Assembly: GCF_000737315.1 (NCBI RefSeq)
Contig: NZ_JMCB01000009.1
Coordinates: 1-64,000, forward strand
Direction: 5' to 3'
Length of the DNA stretch: 64,000 bases
DNA from: Hyalangium minutum
Lineage (GTDB): Bacteria > Myxococcota > Myxococcia > Myxococcales > Myxococcaceae
In this document: in pieces, positions 26,583 through 34,762 of the stretch
Numbering within the stretch: the first letter of the stretch is position 1
Layout of the letters: the number at the start of each line of letters is the position of its first letter
Notes under the pieces: model-generated
Database searches by the model: none
What the model was told of the DNA's origin: nothing
What the model saw: only the letters and a program-made list of their open reading frames with translations
Made by a program: the position numbers and the translations under genes

Positions 26583-26960
26583 CTACTTCTGGCAGGCGAT
26601 CTGCGAGCCGGACGCCGAGCAAGCGCGGCACGTCTCCGTCTCCACGAGCACGCCCAGCCGGCACTCGAGCACTGCCAGGCCGTCCGCGCGGCAGAGGCCA
26701 CGGCCCTCGGCGCTCAGGGCACAGTTGTCGCCCGCGACATTGGCGGAGGTGTCGCAGCGAATGGTGCCCGCCGACTCGGAGCAGCCCAAGCCGCCCCGGC
26801 ACGGGAGGGTCCGCCACTGGTTCTGGCGGCACTCCAGGGCCTCCGTCTCACTGCTGCAGATGTAGCCACTGACGTTGCACGAGTCCCCTGACTTCGGGCC
26901 ACCGCACCCGAGGAGAAAGAGGAAGCCCACAAACGGAAGGATCGCGAGGAAGCGGTTCAT
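26583..26960 (-). CDS. Cys-rich lipoprotein with two tandem six-cysteine repeats
   Basis: Lipobox FLLGC; 12 further Cys in 2 repeats (GDSC..C..LEC..C..C..C / GDNC..C..LEC..C..C..C). Confidence 0.75.
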   Translation of the reverse strand: MNRFLAILPFVGFLFLLGCGGPKSGDSCNVSGYICSSETEALECRQNQWRTLPCRGGLGCSESAGTIRCDTSANVAGDNCALSAEGRGLCRADGLAVLECRLGVLVETETCRACSASGSQIACQK

Positions 26961-26995
26961 GCAGGCGCCGACTATCCCGGGCCTCACGGGGCGGG

Positions 26996-28000
26996 TCAAC
27001 CGCCGAGCGTCTCCCGGAAGAAGCGTCGGTAGTTGCCCCCGAGGATGCGCTCCACCCACGGCTCTGGGTGGCGGCGCAGCAGCACCTCGGTGAGCCGGGG
27101 CAGATCCGTCACGTCCCGGAACCCCCGGGGCAGCGCCACCATCCCATCATAGTCCGAGCCAATCCCCACCCCCTCCTCACCCATGATGCTCACGGCGTGC
27201 TCGATGTGGCGGACCACATCCTCCAGCGTGTCTCCGCCCAGGTAGATGGGGGCGAGGATGATGCCCACCACCCCGCCCCGGTCCGCGATGCGGCGCAGGG
27301 ACTCATCCGACAGGTTGCGCCACCCACCGCCCGCGCCCCGCACGCCCGTGTGGGAGCAGAAGAAACGCACGGAGGAATGCGCGAACAACTCCTCCAGGGT
27401 GTGCTCGGAGGCATGGGCCACATCCACGCTCAGGCCCACGCGCCCCATCTCCTCCACCACCTGATGGCCCAGGGGCGTGAGGCCCCGGTTGCCCATCATC
27501 GGAAACGAGGAACCCCCCAAGTCATTGTTGGACAGGTGGGTGAGCCCCATGAAGCGCACACCGCGCTGGTGCAGTTCCGCGAGCCGCTCCACACGCCCTT
27601 CGATGGCATGGCCCCCCTCCACTCCCAGCACAGCAGAGAGCCGCCCCTGGGCGAGGTTCTGCTCCAACTGAGCAGCGGTGGTGGTGACGCGGACCTGGCC
27701 CTCGGAGCGGCGGCAGAACTCCTCGAGCCGCTCGATCTGCCACAGCGCACGGCTCCACTCGCTGGCCCGAGCCGCCCGAGGCCAGCCGCGCCAAGCCGCG
27801 AACGCCGGGAAGCCTCCAATGAAGGGGAAGCCCCGGGTGACAATCGTGAAGCATTGGAGCTTCACCCCAGCCTCAAGCAACCGGGGGAAGTCCACATGGC
27901 CCTCGGTGGAGCGGGCACACAAGTCCCGGTTCCACATGAGCGAGTCCGCGTGGCTGTCCGCGATACACCAGCGCCGGTGGAGTTCGTTCACGTCGCTCAT
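26996..28000 (-). CDS. Membrane (renal-type, M19) dipeptidase
   Basis: ADSHADSL, GVEGGH, GLTH, DVAH, CSH and GSDYDG motifs. Confidence 0.88.
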   Translation of the reverse strand: MSDVNELHRRWCIADSHADSLMWNRDLCARSTEGHVDFPRLLEAGVKLQCFTIVTRGFPFIGGFPAFAAWRGWPRAARASEWSRALWQIERLEEFCRRSEGQVRVTTTAAQLEQNLAQGRLSAVLGVEGGHAIEGRVERLAELHQRGVRFMGLTHLSNNDLGGSSFPMMGNRGLTPLGHQVVEEMGRVGLSVDVAHASEHTLEELFAHSSVRFFCSHTGVRGAGGGWRNLSDESLRRIADRGGVVGIILAPIYLGGDTLEDVVRHIEHAVSIMGEEGVGIGSDYDGMVALPRGFRDVTDLPRLTEVLLRRHPEPWVERILGGNYRRFFRETLGG

Positions 28001-28140
28001 GCCCGAAAGTCTCGGGCCTCTGCTGACGCCGGACAAGCCAAGATTCCCACGGCCCCAGGGAACCCGACTGGGGCCGCCTGGTTCCAGGCGAAGGAGCGCT
28101 CTGGCCTACCGCCAGAGCGCCCCCCAGCGCAGCGCATGAC

Positions 28141-29271
28141 TCAGGTGCGCGGCTTGCTGCGCAGGGTCATCCCAGGTGGAACGCTGGGGTAGTCCTCCTC
28201 CGGGAGCTGAGCGCCCCCGTTGCGCCGGATGGCCTCCGCGCGGACCAGGGCGATCTCACGCTGGGCCTCGCGAGGGCCGAAGCACCGGCCCTGGCCGCCC
28301 AGGAAGTCCCAGAGCGCATCCCTCAGTTCCAGGCCGGACTGGAAGCGCTCTGCCGGATCGCGCCGCAGGGCGCGGACGATGATGTCCCGCATGGGAGTGG
28401 ACAGCCCGCGCGTGGCAATCTCCACGTATTCCGGGCGGAAGCGCTCCATGCGCATGGACATCTCTGCGACGGGGGCCCAGGTCTCCTCCTCGGCCATCAG
28501 CGAGGACTGGAAGGCGTTGGCGCTTCCCGCCTGACGCATGGCCTGCTCCACCTCTGGCAGATCCAGCAGGTGCCGGCCCGTGACCATCTCCAGGAGGACC
28601 ACGCCGAGGGAGAACAGGTCCGCCCGGCCATCCAGCGGCTGGAGCAGGAGATACTCTGGGCAGGAATAGGCGATATCCCCCTTGAGCAGGGCGCCCACGG
28701 TGGCCAGGCGGCCTTCTAGCTGCGAGTGTGCCACGGCGAAGTCGGTGATCTTCACGCGCCCGTGCACGCCGAGGCGGATATTCCGGGGGCTGATGTCCCG
28801 GTGGATGACGCTCAGCGGGCGGCCGTTGAAGTCCTTCTGCGAATGCGCGTGGGAGAGGGCGTCCGCCACCTCCCCCGCGACATAGGCCGCCAGGTTCTCC
28901 GGCAGGGGCTGGCCTCGCATGGCCGCGAAGTTGAGCAGGGACTCCACGGAGAGCCCCTCCACATGCTCCATGACGAGGTGAGGCGCACCGTCCTGCAGCC
29001 GCAGCAGATGGACCTGGGCGATGCAGGGGTGATCCAGTTGGAGGACCAGCTTGAACTCCTCCAGGAGCCGCGCCCGCGTCATCGCGTTCGAGGGGTCCTG
29101 CAGGCGTTTGATGATGACCGATCCTCCCACCACATCCGCGTACCGGCGGCGTGCCAGCAGGACCTCTCCATTGCTGCAGCTCCCGAGGTAGCGGATGAGT
29201 TCGTAGGACGTGTCGCCCGAGGAAAAGAGGATGACAGGCTTCGCGGATTGACGCTCAGGGGGTGAAGACAT
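28141..29271 (-). CDS. Hanks-type Ser/Thr protein kinase, atypical motifs
   Basis: LGSCSNGEV, VIIK, HRDISPRNI, KITDFAVA, GDIAYSCPE and DLFSLG. Confidence 0.88.
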   Translation of the reverse strand: MSSPPERQSAKPVILFSSGDTSYELIRYLGSCSNGEVLLARRRYADVVGGSVIIKRLQDPSNAMTRARLLEEFKLVLQLDHPCIAQVHLLRLQDGAPHLVMEHVEGLSVESLLNFAAMRGQPLPENLAAYVAGEVADALSHAHSQKDFNGRPLSVIHRDISPRNIRLGVHGRVKITDFAVAHSQLEGRLATVGALLKGDIAYSCPEYLLLQPLDGRADLFSLGVVLLEMVTGRHLLDLPEVEQAMRQAGSANAFQSSLMAEEETWAPVAEMSMRMERFRPEYVEIATRGLSTPMRDIIVRALRRDPAERFQSGLELRDALWDFLGGQGRCFGPREAQREIALVRAEAIRRNGGAQLPEEDYPSVPPGMTLRSKPRT

Positions 29272-29285
29272 CAGTGCACTCCTTA

Positions 29286-29473
29286 GGTAGGCACGCGAAT
29301 GGCCGCGCGTGTGACGGCGAGAGCACCACCCAACCTTACAGGTTGGGTGTCAGACATCCTACCAGAAAGCGCACGCAATGCGGAATGAACAGAGTCAGCA
29401 GGTAGGAAGTGCAGGAACAACCTCATGGGTTACACCCTACCAAAGGGGGCAGACATTCCCCTTCCTACCTGCT
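29286..29473. repeat. Cluster of five GGTAGG/CCTACC hexamers plus two inverted repeats upstream of the kinase
   Basis: GGTAGG at 29286 and 29401; CCTACC at 29358, 29436 and 29464; 10-bp IR at 29327-29336/29340-29349; 13-bp IR at 29397-29409/29461-29473. Confidence 0.8.
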
Positions 29474-29499
29474 CCGTCCCTGAGCGAAACCCGCGTCAA

Positions 29500-29535
29500 A
29501 TAAGAAGAAACGGCTCCCGCTTTGGCGGGAGCCGT
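29500..29535 (-). terminator. Rho-independent terminator
   Basis: Perfect 11-bp stem ACGGCTCCCGC-TTTG-GCGGGAGCCGT followed on the minus strand by TTCTTCTTATTT, 30 nt after the stop at 29565. Confidence 0.8.
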
Positions 29536-29564
29536 CCCTGGACCCTCAGCTCACCGGCAGGGTC

Positions 29565-30164
29565 CTACTTCTTCACGGGGGTGATGATGACGACGTCGCG
29601 GGCGACCAGGTCATCCCCATCCGACACGTAGGAGGCGCGCACCTCGGTGCCCTCCTTGAAGTCGTCCAGGTCCACGGCGACGTTGTTCTGCGTGACACGG
29701 GTGTTGTCATCCGTCTTGAGCTTCAGCTCGGCGTTGGCCTTGTTGGGGACCACGATCACGAGCGAGTCGCCCAGGGTGGACCTCACGCGGCCCTGGACGC
29801 TCACGTTGGCGACGGCCGCCGTAGAGCCCGCGGTGTCTTTCGCCAGATCCCTGGAGCGATTCATCTCAGCCTCGTAGACGTCCCGCTCCTCCTCAGCCAC
29901 GTTCCGCTGGGCGTCCGCGATCTCCTCGTTCTCGTCCTTCTGGATCTCCGCCTCGTCCTTCTGAAGATCAGCGCGCTCCTTGTTGAAGTCCTTCTGAAGA
30001 TCAGCCCGCTCCTCGTTGGCGTCCTGACGGGCGTTGGCGATGTCCTTCTGGGCATCCCTCTGCGCCTCCGCCAGTTCGCGACGCTCCTCCTGAGGCTCCT
30101 TCTTACACCCCGCCGTCAGAGCCAACCCCGCCACTGCCGCCACCGCCACCATGAGCTTTCGCAT
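29565..30164 (-). CDS. Lipoprotein with an acidic coiled coil and a small C-terminal beta domain
   Basis: MRKLMVAVAAVAGLALTAGC lipobox after an AGGAGAGG RBS; E/K/A-rich helix; GRVRSTLGDSLVIV...DFKEGTEVRASY. Confidence 0.8.
   Translation of the reverse strand: MRKLMVAVAAVAGLALTAGCKKEPQEERRELAEAQRDAQKDIANARQDANEERADLQKDFNKERADLQKDEAEIQKDENEEIADAQRNVAEEERDVYEAEMNRSRDLAKDTAGSTAAVANVSVQGRVRSTLGDSLVIVVPNKANAELKLKTDDNTRVTQNNVAVDLDDFKEGTEVRASYVSDGDDLVARDVVIITPVKK
29956..30021. repeat. 33-bp tandem duplication in coding sequence (11-aa unit xxxERADLQKD)
   Basis: tccttctgaagatcagcgcgctccttgttgaag followed by tccttctgaagatcagcccgctcctcgttggcg (29/33 identical). Confidence 0.85.
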
Positions 30165-30341
30165 GCACCTCTCCTTTCGTTGCCTTGGCCGGGGAATAAG
30201 TGCTCCCGGCGCTTGGGCAGAAAGTGGGTGTTCGCCTAGGACCTGAACAGCGCTTGTCAGCGAACAGAGACGCATTAGGGGAAGCGAGCGGCCAGCCAAC
30301 CCCTCCGGCCTCCGCTCGCTTCTACCCGCAAATTTCCTCTG

Positions 30342-30881
30342 TCACGGTCCGCCGTCCGGAACGCCGCCATCCGGGGTGACGCCTCCGTCCGTGCAGAAAG
30401 GAGCCCCACCGGCTGCCCAGCTCCCGATGATCTTTCGCTCCTCCTCGGTCGGCAGAGGGTTGCTCGGCGGCGGCATGGTCCGCTGGTCCGAGGCGCGCGC
30501 CTTGATGCGAGGGGCCATCTCCTTGGCGCCCATCACGCTCGAGGTGGACTCGTAGATATCGAGCCGAAAGCCGGACTGGCCGCTCCGGGAGTAATCCTCC
30601 GAGTGGCAGTTCGACGTGCAGTAGGCGTTCAGCAGCGGCCGGACTTCGTTGCAGTAGGTGGGCACGGGTCCCGTTGGGGGAGTGCCCGCATCCTCCAGTT
30701 CCGGCAGGCGCAGCACCTCGCACGTGCGGCCCGCTCCAGGGCGCGCCGCGACGCAGGTGTACCCGTCCGGGCAATCCTCCGCGACCTCACAGCTCTTTCC
30801 GGCAAAGTCACTCACCGACACGGCGCAGGCCACGAGGGTCACTGCGACGGAGATGGACAGACTGGCGACGGCTCTTTTCAT
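30342..30881 (-). CDS. Lipoprotein with a four-Cys module and a monoheme cytochrome c-like domain (CX3CH), paralog A
   Basis: Lipobox TLVAC; C-x5-CPDGYTC-x10-C; NEVRPLLNAYCTSNCH...FRLD...MPP...W..GGAP. Confidence 0.7.
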   Translation of the reverse strand: MKRAVASLSISVAVTLVACAVSVSDFAGKSCEVAEDCPDGYTCVAARPGAGRTCEVLRLPELEDAGTPPTGPVPTYCNEVRPLLNAYCTSNCHSEDYSRSGQSGFRLDIYESTSSVMGAKEMAPRIKARASDQRTMPPPSNPLPTEEERKIIGSWAAGGAPFCTDGGVTPDGGVPDGGP

Positions 30882-30903
30882 GGCTGGCTCGGGTGCCCCT
30901 CGG

Positions 30904-31419
30904 CTAAGGGGTGCCTCCATCACACAAAGGCGCTCCGGCGGTGACCCACCGGGCCAGCACCGCCCGCTGGACATCGGTGGGCTGGGGGCTATTCAACGGG
31001 GGCATGCTCCGCTGATCGAAGGCGCGCGCCTTGATGCGGGCCGCCATGTCCTTGGCGCCCTTGGGCTGCCCCGCCTCTCCTTCATAGTAGTCCAGCCGGA
31101 AGTCCGTCTGGCCGCTGCCCGTGGTCACCGCCCCGTGGCAGTTCGATACACACGAGGCCGCCAAGATGGGCTGCACGTCATTGCAGTACGTGGGAACGGG
31201 CCCCGCATCGGGGGTTCCCGCATCCGCGGAGCTCGTACTCGGAGGATAGATGACCTCACATGTGCGCAGCCCCTCCGGCCCGGCACAGGTATAGGACTCG
31301 GGGCAGTCCGCGTCGAAGGAGCATGCACGGCCCGCCAGCTCGTCTTGAGAGATGATGCAGCCCGCCGCCACCAGCACGGCCGCGAGCGAGAGAAAGCCAC
31401 CTTTCAGCCTTGCGTCCAC
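30904..31419 (-). CDS. Lipoprotein with a four-Cys module and a monoheme cytochrome c-like domain (CX3CH), paralog B
   Basis: Lipobox VAAGC; C-x5-CPESYTC-x8-C; NDVQPILAASCVSNCH...FRLD...MPP...W..AGAP. Confidence 0.7.
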   Translation of the reverse strand: MDARLKGGFLSLAAVLVAAGCIISQDELAGRACSFDADCPESYTCAGPEGLRTCEVIYPPSTSSADAGTPDAGPVPTYCNDVQPILAASCVSNCHGAVTTGSGQTDFRLDYYEGEAGQPKGAKDMAARIKARAFDQRSMPPLNSPQPTDVQRAVLARWVTAGAPLCDGGTP

Positions 31420-31434
31420 GCGTCCTCTTCCGAT

Positions 31435-31941
31435 TCAGAAGTGATAGGTGAGGCTCGCCGCGTCCGCGGCGGGCTCCGGAAGAAACTCCAGCAGCAGCCC
31501 ATAGGCGAGCGTGAGCCCCGCCACCCCATACATCACGTTCGAGGTGGCCGCCGCCGTCTTGGCCCGGTTCAGCGCGGCGCTGGACTCCCGCGCCGACTCC
31601 AGGCTCTCCGCCCGCCGGGCTTCTCCCCGGGAGAAGTAGCCAAAGCCCACGCCCCCGAGCAGCAGAAGACCGCCCGCCACGTAGGCGTAGCGGTGGCCTC
31701 GGATGAAGGGCTCGGGTTCACGCGCGGGCGCATCCAGCGCGGCCACAGGCGCAGAAGCGGGCTGCTCTTTGGCGGCTGACGGCTCCTTGGCGGCCGTCTG
31801 CGCCTTCGAAGCGGGCTGCTCCTTCGCAGCCGCTGCGGGCTTTGCAGCGGGTGCGGCTGTCTTCGGCTCAGCAGCCGCCGCAGGCAAGGCGATCGTCAAC
31901 GCCAGAACGGAAGCGGCAAACCTGCGGGTCGCGGTCAACAT
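31435..31941 (-). CDS. Exported Ala/Lys/Pro-rich protein with a hydrophobic hairpin and C-terminal Phe
   Basis: Signal peptide LALTIALPAAAA; AAKEQPAS repeated; two hydrophobic helices; ends SLTYHF; first gene of a 3-gene operon. Confidence 0.65.
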   Translation of the reverse strand: MLTATRRFAASVLALTIALPAAAAEPKTAAPAAKPAAAAKEQPASKAQTAAKEPSAAKEQPASAPVAALDAPAREPEPFIRGHRYAYVAGGLLLLGGVGFGYFSRGEARRAESLESARESSAALNRAKTAAATSNVMYGVAGLTLAYGLLLEFLPEPAADAASLTYHF

Positions 31942-31990
31942 GCGGCCGAGTATAGCGGGCCCCTTTCCGGCCGCAGCACCTCCGTGTGCG

Positions 31991-32019
31991 TTGACAGAGG
32001 GGTGGCACGCTTGTAGTGC
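31991..32019 (+). promoter_or_regulatory. Possible sigma70 promoter for thiS
   Basis: Perfect TTGACA at 31991, but only a weak -10 (TAGTGC) at 17-bp spacing. Confidence 0.3.
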
Positions 32020-32048
32020 GTCGACCTCCAGTCCAGGAGTGGCCGGTC

Positions 32049-32252
32049 GTGACAATTTGGGTCAACGGAGAGGCGCGTGAAGTCCCCGCAGGGCTGACCC
32101 TGGCGGGCCTTCTCGAGCTGCTGCGGGTCGGCAGCGGCCCGGGCGTCGCGGTGGAGGTGAACGCGGAGGTGGTCCGCCGCGCCCGCCACCCCGAGCACCG
32201 CCTGAACCCTCAAGATCGCGTGGAGATCGTCACCTTCGTCGGTGGCGGGTAG
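32049..32252 (+). CDS. thiS: Sulfur carrier protein ThiS
   Basis: IWVNGE...[10 protein letters not shown]...[12 protein letters not shown] with C-terminal GG; AGGAG RBS. Confidence 0.95.
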   Translation: MTIWVNGEAREVPAGLTLAGLLELLRVGSGPGVAVEVNAEVVRRARHPEHRLNPQDRVEIVTFVGGG

Positions 32253-32260
32253 GAGAGCAC

Positions 32261-33043
32261 ATGAGCACCCAGGACACCCCCTTCACTCTCGCCGGCGTCA
32301 CCTTCCAGTCGCGGCTCATCATCGGCACGGGCAAGTACCCCAGCTTCGACATCATGAAGCGCTGCCACGAGGCCTCGGGCGCGGAGATGGTCACCGTGGC
32401 CGTACGCCGCCTGGACCTCAAGGCCCAGGGCGAGGCGTCGCTGATGAACTGGATCGACACCCAGCGCATGCGCCTGCTGCCCAACACCGCCCTCTGCTAC
32501 ACCGCTGAGGACGCCGTGCGCACCTGCCGCCTCGCCGAGGAGCTGGGCATGAGCAAGTGGGTCAAGCTCGAGGTGCTCGGCGATGAGAAGACGCTCTATC
32601 CGGACGTCGAGGAGACCCTCAAGGCCGCGCGCATCCTCGTCAAGGAGGGCTTCACCGTCCTGCCCTACACCACCGACGATCCCATCTCCGCCCGCAAGCT
32701 GGCGGACGTGGGCTGCGCGGCGGTCATGCCCCTGGCGGCCCCCATCGGCTCAGGGCTGGGCATCCGGAACCCCCACAACATCCGCCTCATCCGCGAGCTC
32801 GTGAAGATCCCCGTCATCGTCGACGCGGGCGTGGGCACGGCCTCGGATGCCGCCATCGCCATGGAGCTGGGCGTGGACGCCGTCCTGATGAACACCGCCA
32901 TCGCCGGCGCGAAGGATCCTGTGCGGATGGCCGTGGCCATGCGCAAGGCCGTGGAGGCGGGACGCGACGCATTCCTCGCTGGCCGCATCCCTCGTAAGGC
33001 GTACGCCTCTGCCTCCAGCCCGCTCGAGGGGCTCGTCGAGTAG
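32261..33043 (+). CDS. thiG: Thiazole synthase
   Basis: [34 protein letters not shown] and DAGVGTASD. Confidence 0.97.
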   Translation: MSTQDTPFTLAGVTFQSRLIIGTGKYPSFDIMKRCHEASGAEMVTVAVRRLDLKAQGEASLMNWIDTQRMRLLPNTALCYTAEDAVRTCRLAEELGMSKWVKLEVLGDEKTLYPDVEETLKAARILVKEGFTVLPYTTDDPISARKLADVGCAAVMPLAAPIGSGLGIRNPHNIRLIRELVKIPVIVDAGVGTASDAAIAMELGVDAVLMNTAIAGAKDPVRMAVAMRKAVEAGRDAFLAGRIPRKAYASASSPLEGLVE

Positions 33044-33672
33044 TGCCCACCCTCCCCCGGCTGATCGTCATCACCGATTGGCGGCTCCCGAGGGCACGGC
33101 TGCTCTCGGCCCTGGAACGCGCGCTGGTGGCAGGGCCCGAAGTGGCGGTCCAGCATCGTCACCCAGAGGCACCCACGCGGGTGTTCCTCGAAGAGGCACG
33201 GCTTCTCGCGGCGCTGTGCCGGGCCCATGGCAACCCGCTCTTCGTCAACGGCCGCCTGGACGTGGCGCTCCTTGTCGGTGCCCACTTACACCTGCCCGCC
33301 CGGGGCCTCACCGTGGAGAATGTCCGGCCTGCGCTGCCCGCCGGACGGTGGGTCAGCGCCGCCGTCCATGACGCGCACGAGGCCCAGCTCGCCCGAGGCG
33401 CTGACCTGGCCCTCGTCAGCCCCGTCTACGCCCCTGGCTCGAAGACCGGAGACACCCGCCCTCCCTTGGGGCCTGACGGGTTCCAGGCGCTGGCGGCATC
33501 CCTCTCCTGCCCGGCCCTGGCGCTCGGGGGTATCACTCCAGAGCGGGCCCCCCAGCTCTCCGGAGCGCACGGCTTCGCCGTCATCTCCGCCGTCTTGGAG
33601 GCCGAGAACCCCACCACTGCCACGAGGGCCCTGTTGCGCCCCACTACTCACTCCTCCCAGCCGCAGGCTTGA
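33043..33672 (+). CDS. thiE: Thiamine-phosphate synthase (ThiE/TenI family)
   Basis: FVNGRLDVA, SAAVH, SPVY...SK, ALGGIT and AVISAV; overlaps the thiG stop. Could be TenI rather than ThiE. Confidence 0.72.
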   Translation: MPTLPRLIVITDWRLPRARLLSALERALVAGPEVAVQHRHPEAPTRVFLEEARLLAALCRAHGNPLFVNGRLDVALLVGAHLHLPARGLTVENVRPALPAGRWVSAAVHDAHEAQLARGADLALVSPVYAPGSKTGDTRPPLGPDGFQALAASLSCPALALGGITPERAPQLSGAHGFAVISAVLEAENPTTATRALLRPTTHSSQPQA

Positions 33673-33694
33673 GTCGCGCTATGCTGCCCGCACC

Positions 33695-34735
33695 GTGAGT
33701 TCCCCTGCTGGCATCAAGGACCTGCGTCCGCTCTCTCTGGGCGAGATCATCGACCGCTGCGCCATCTTCTGGCGCGCCCACCTCGTACCGCTGTTCGCTT
33801 TGGGGCTCGGCTTCCAGCTGATCGACTACATCTTCAAGAAGAGTGTCGCGATCACCCTCGAGCGCACCAGCAGCCTCCTCCGGAATCCCCAGGAGCTGGA
33901 GGCCCGCATCCAGGACGATCCCCTCGGCGTCACCACCGAGCTGGGCCTCATGGTGCTGGCCGCGATCCTCCTGATGGTCGTGCTCACCTGGAGCTACTGG
34001 ATCTCCACGGTGGTCATCGCCCGCTATGTCGTCCCCATCCAGCTAGGCGAGAGCGCCCGTCCGAGCGATGGGCTGCGCCGCGGCCTCCAGCGCCTGGGCG
34101 CCCTGACCGGGGCCTACCTTTTGTCCCTGCTCTGGGGCCTGGGCATCACCCTGCTTTGCATGCTCCCCGGAACCCTCTCCCTGGTGCTGGGGGCGGTTCT
34201 GACGAGCACCGTAGAAGGCTCGGGCGGCCGAATCCTGGGCGTCGCCCTCAGCGTCATCGGCATCATCGTCATGGGCCTGGGCTGGCTGACGGCCCTCCTC
34301 TGGTACTTCCTGCGCTTCGCCGTCCTCGGGCCGGTGTTCGCCATGGAGGACCTGTCCGCGCTCGAGTCCTTCCGGCGCTCGGGAGCTCTCCTCTCGGGCC
34401 GGGTGGCTCCGGGCTTCATGGGCCGAGTGAAGGTCCGGGCGATGATCCTCCTCACGGCCATTGGCGGCATCGTCATCGCCGTCACGCTCATCTTCAGCAT
34501 CCCCGCCCTGATCGTTCACAGCGCATACGGCCAGCTGAGCAATCCCTCGGCCGCGGCCGCCAACCCCATCCCTCAGGCGATTCTCGTTCCCGTGGAGCTG
34601 TTCCAAGTCCTGGGCCAGTCCATCTTCCTTCCCCTGAGCTTGATCTTCTCCGCCATGTTCTACCTGGACCTGCGGATGCGCCGCGAAGGGCTGGATCTCG
34701 AGCGCCGGCTCGCCCACCACCGCCCCGCTCCCTGA
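33695..34735 (+). CDS. Multi-pass membrane protein of the type found in DUF4129/DUF4350/MoxR operons
   Basis: LRPLSLGEIID N-terminal motif, about 6 TM helices and C-terminal YLDLRMRREGLDL. Confidence 0.8.
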   Translation: MSSPAGIKDLRPLSLGEIIDRCAIFWRAHLVPLFALGLGFQLIDYIFKKSVAITLERTSSLLRNPQELEARIQDDPLGVTTELGLMVLAAILLMVVLTWSYWISTVVIARYVVPIQLGESARPSDGLRRGLQRLGALTGAYLLSLLWGLGITLLCMLPGTLSLVLGAVLTSTVEGSGGRILGVALSVIGIIVMGLGWLTALLWYFLRFAVLGPVFAMEDLSALESFRRSGALLSGRVAPGFMGRVKVRAMILLTAIGGIVIAVTLIFSIPALIVHSAYGQLSNPSAAAANPIPQAILVPVELFQVLGQSIFLPLSLIFSAMFYLDLRMRREGLDLERRLAHHRPAP

Positions 34736-34762
34736 GCGGCCCCCCTCTCCCGTGAGCGCCGC

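Noticed and set aside
29286-29473. Repeat cluster as a CRISPR array or IS end
   Set aside because: The units are only 6-13 bp with irregular spacing, and there is no cas gene, transposase or target-site duplication nearby.
32003-32019. TGGCACG upstream of thiS as a sigma54 site
   Set aside because: The -12 position reads GT rather than GC at the required spacing.
31942-32048. TPP riboswitch upstream of thiS-thiG-thiE
   Set aside because: None of the conserved THI-box segments (CTGAGA, ACCTGA, GCGTAGG) is present, and the region is short and occupied by divergent promoter-like elements.
33227-33694. N-terminal extension of the 502-aa ORF
   Set aside because: Overlaps thiE in another frame; family similarity begins at the GTG at 33695.
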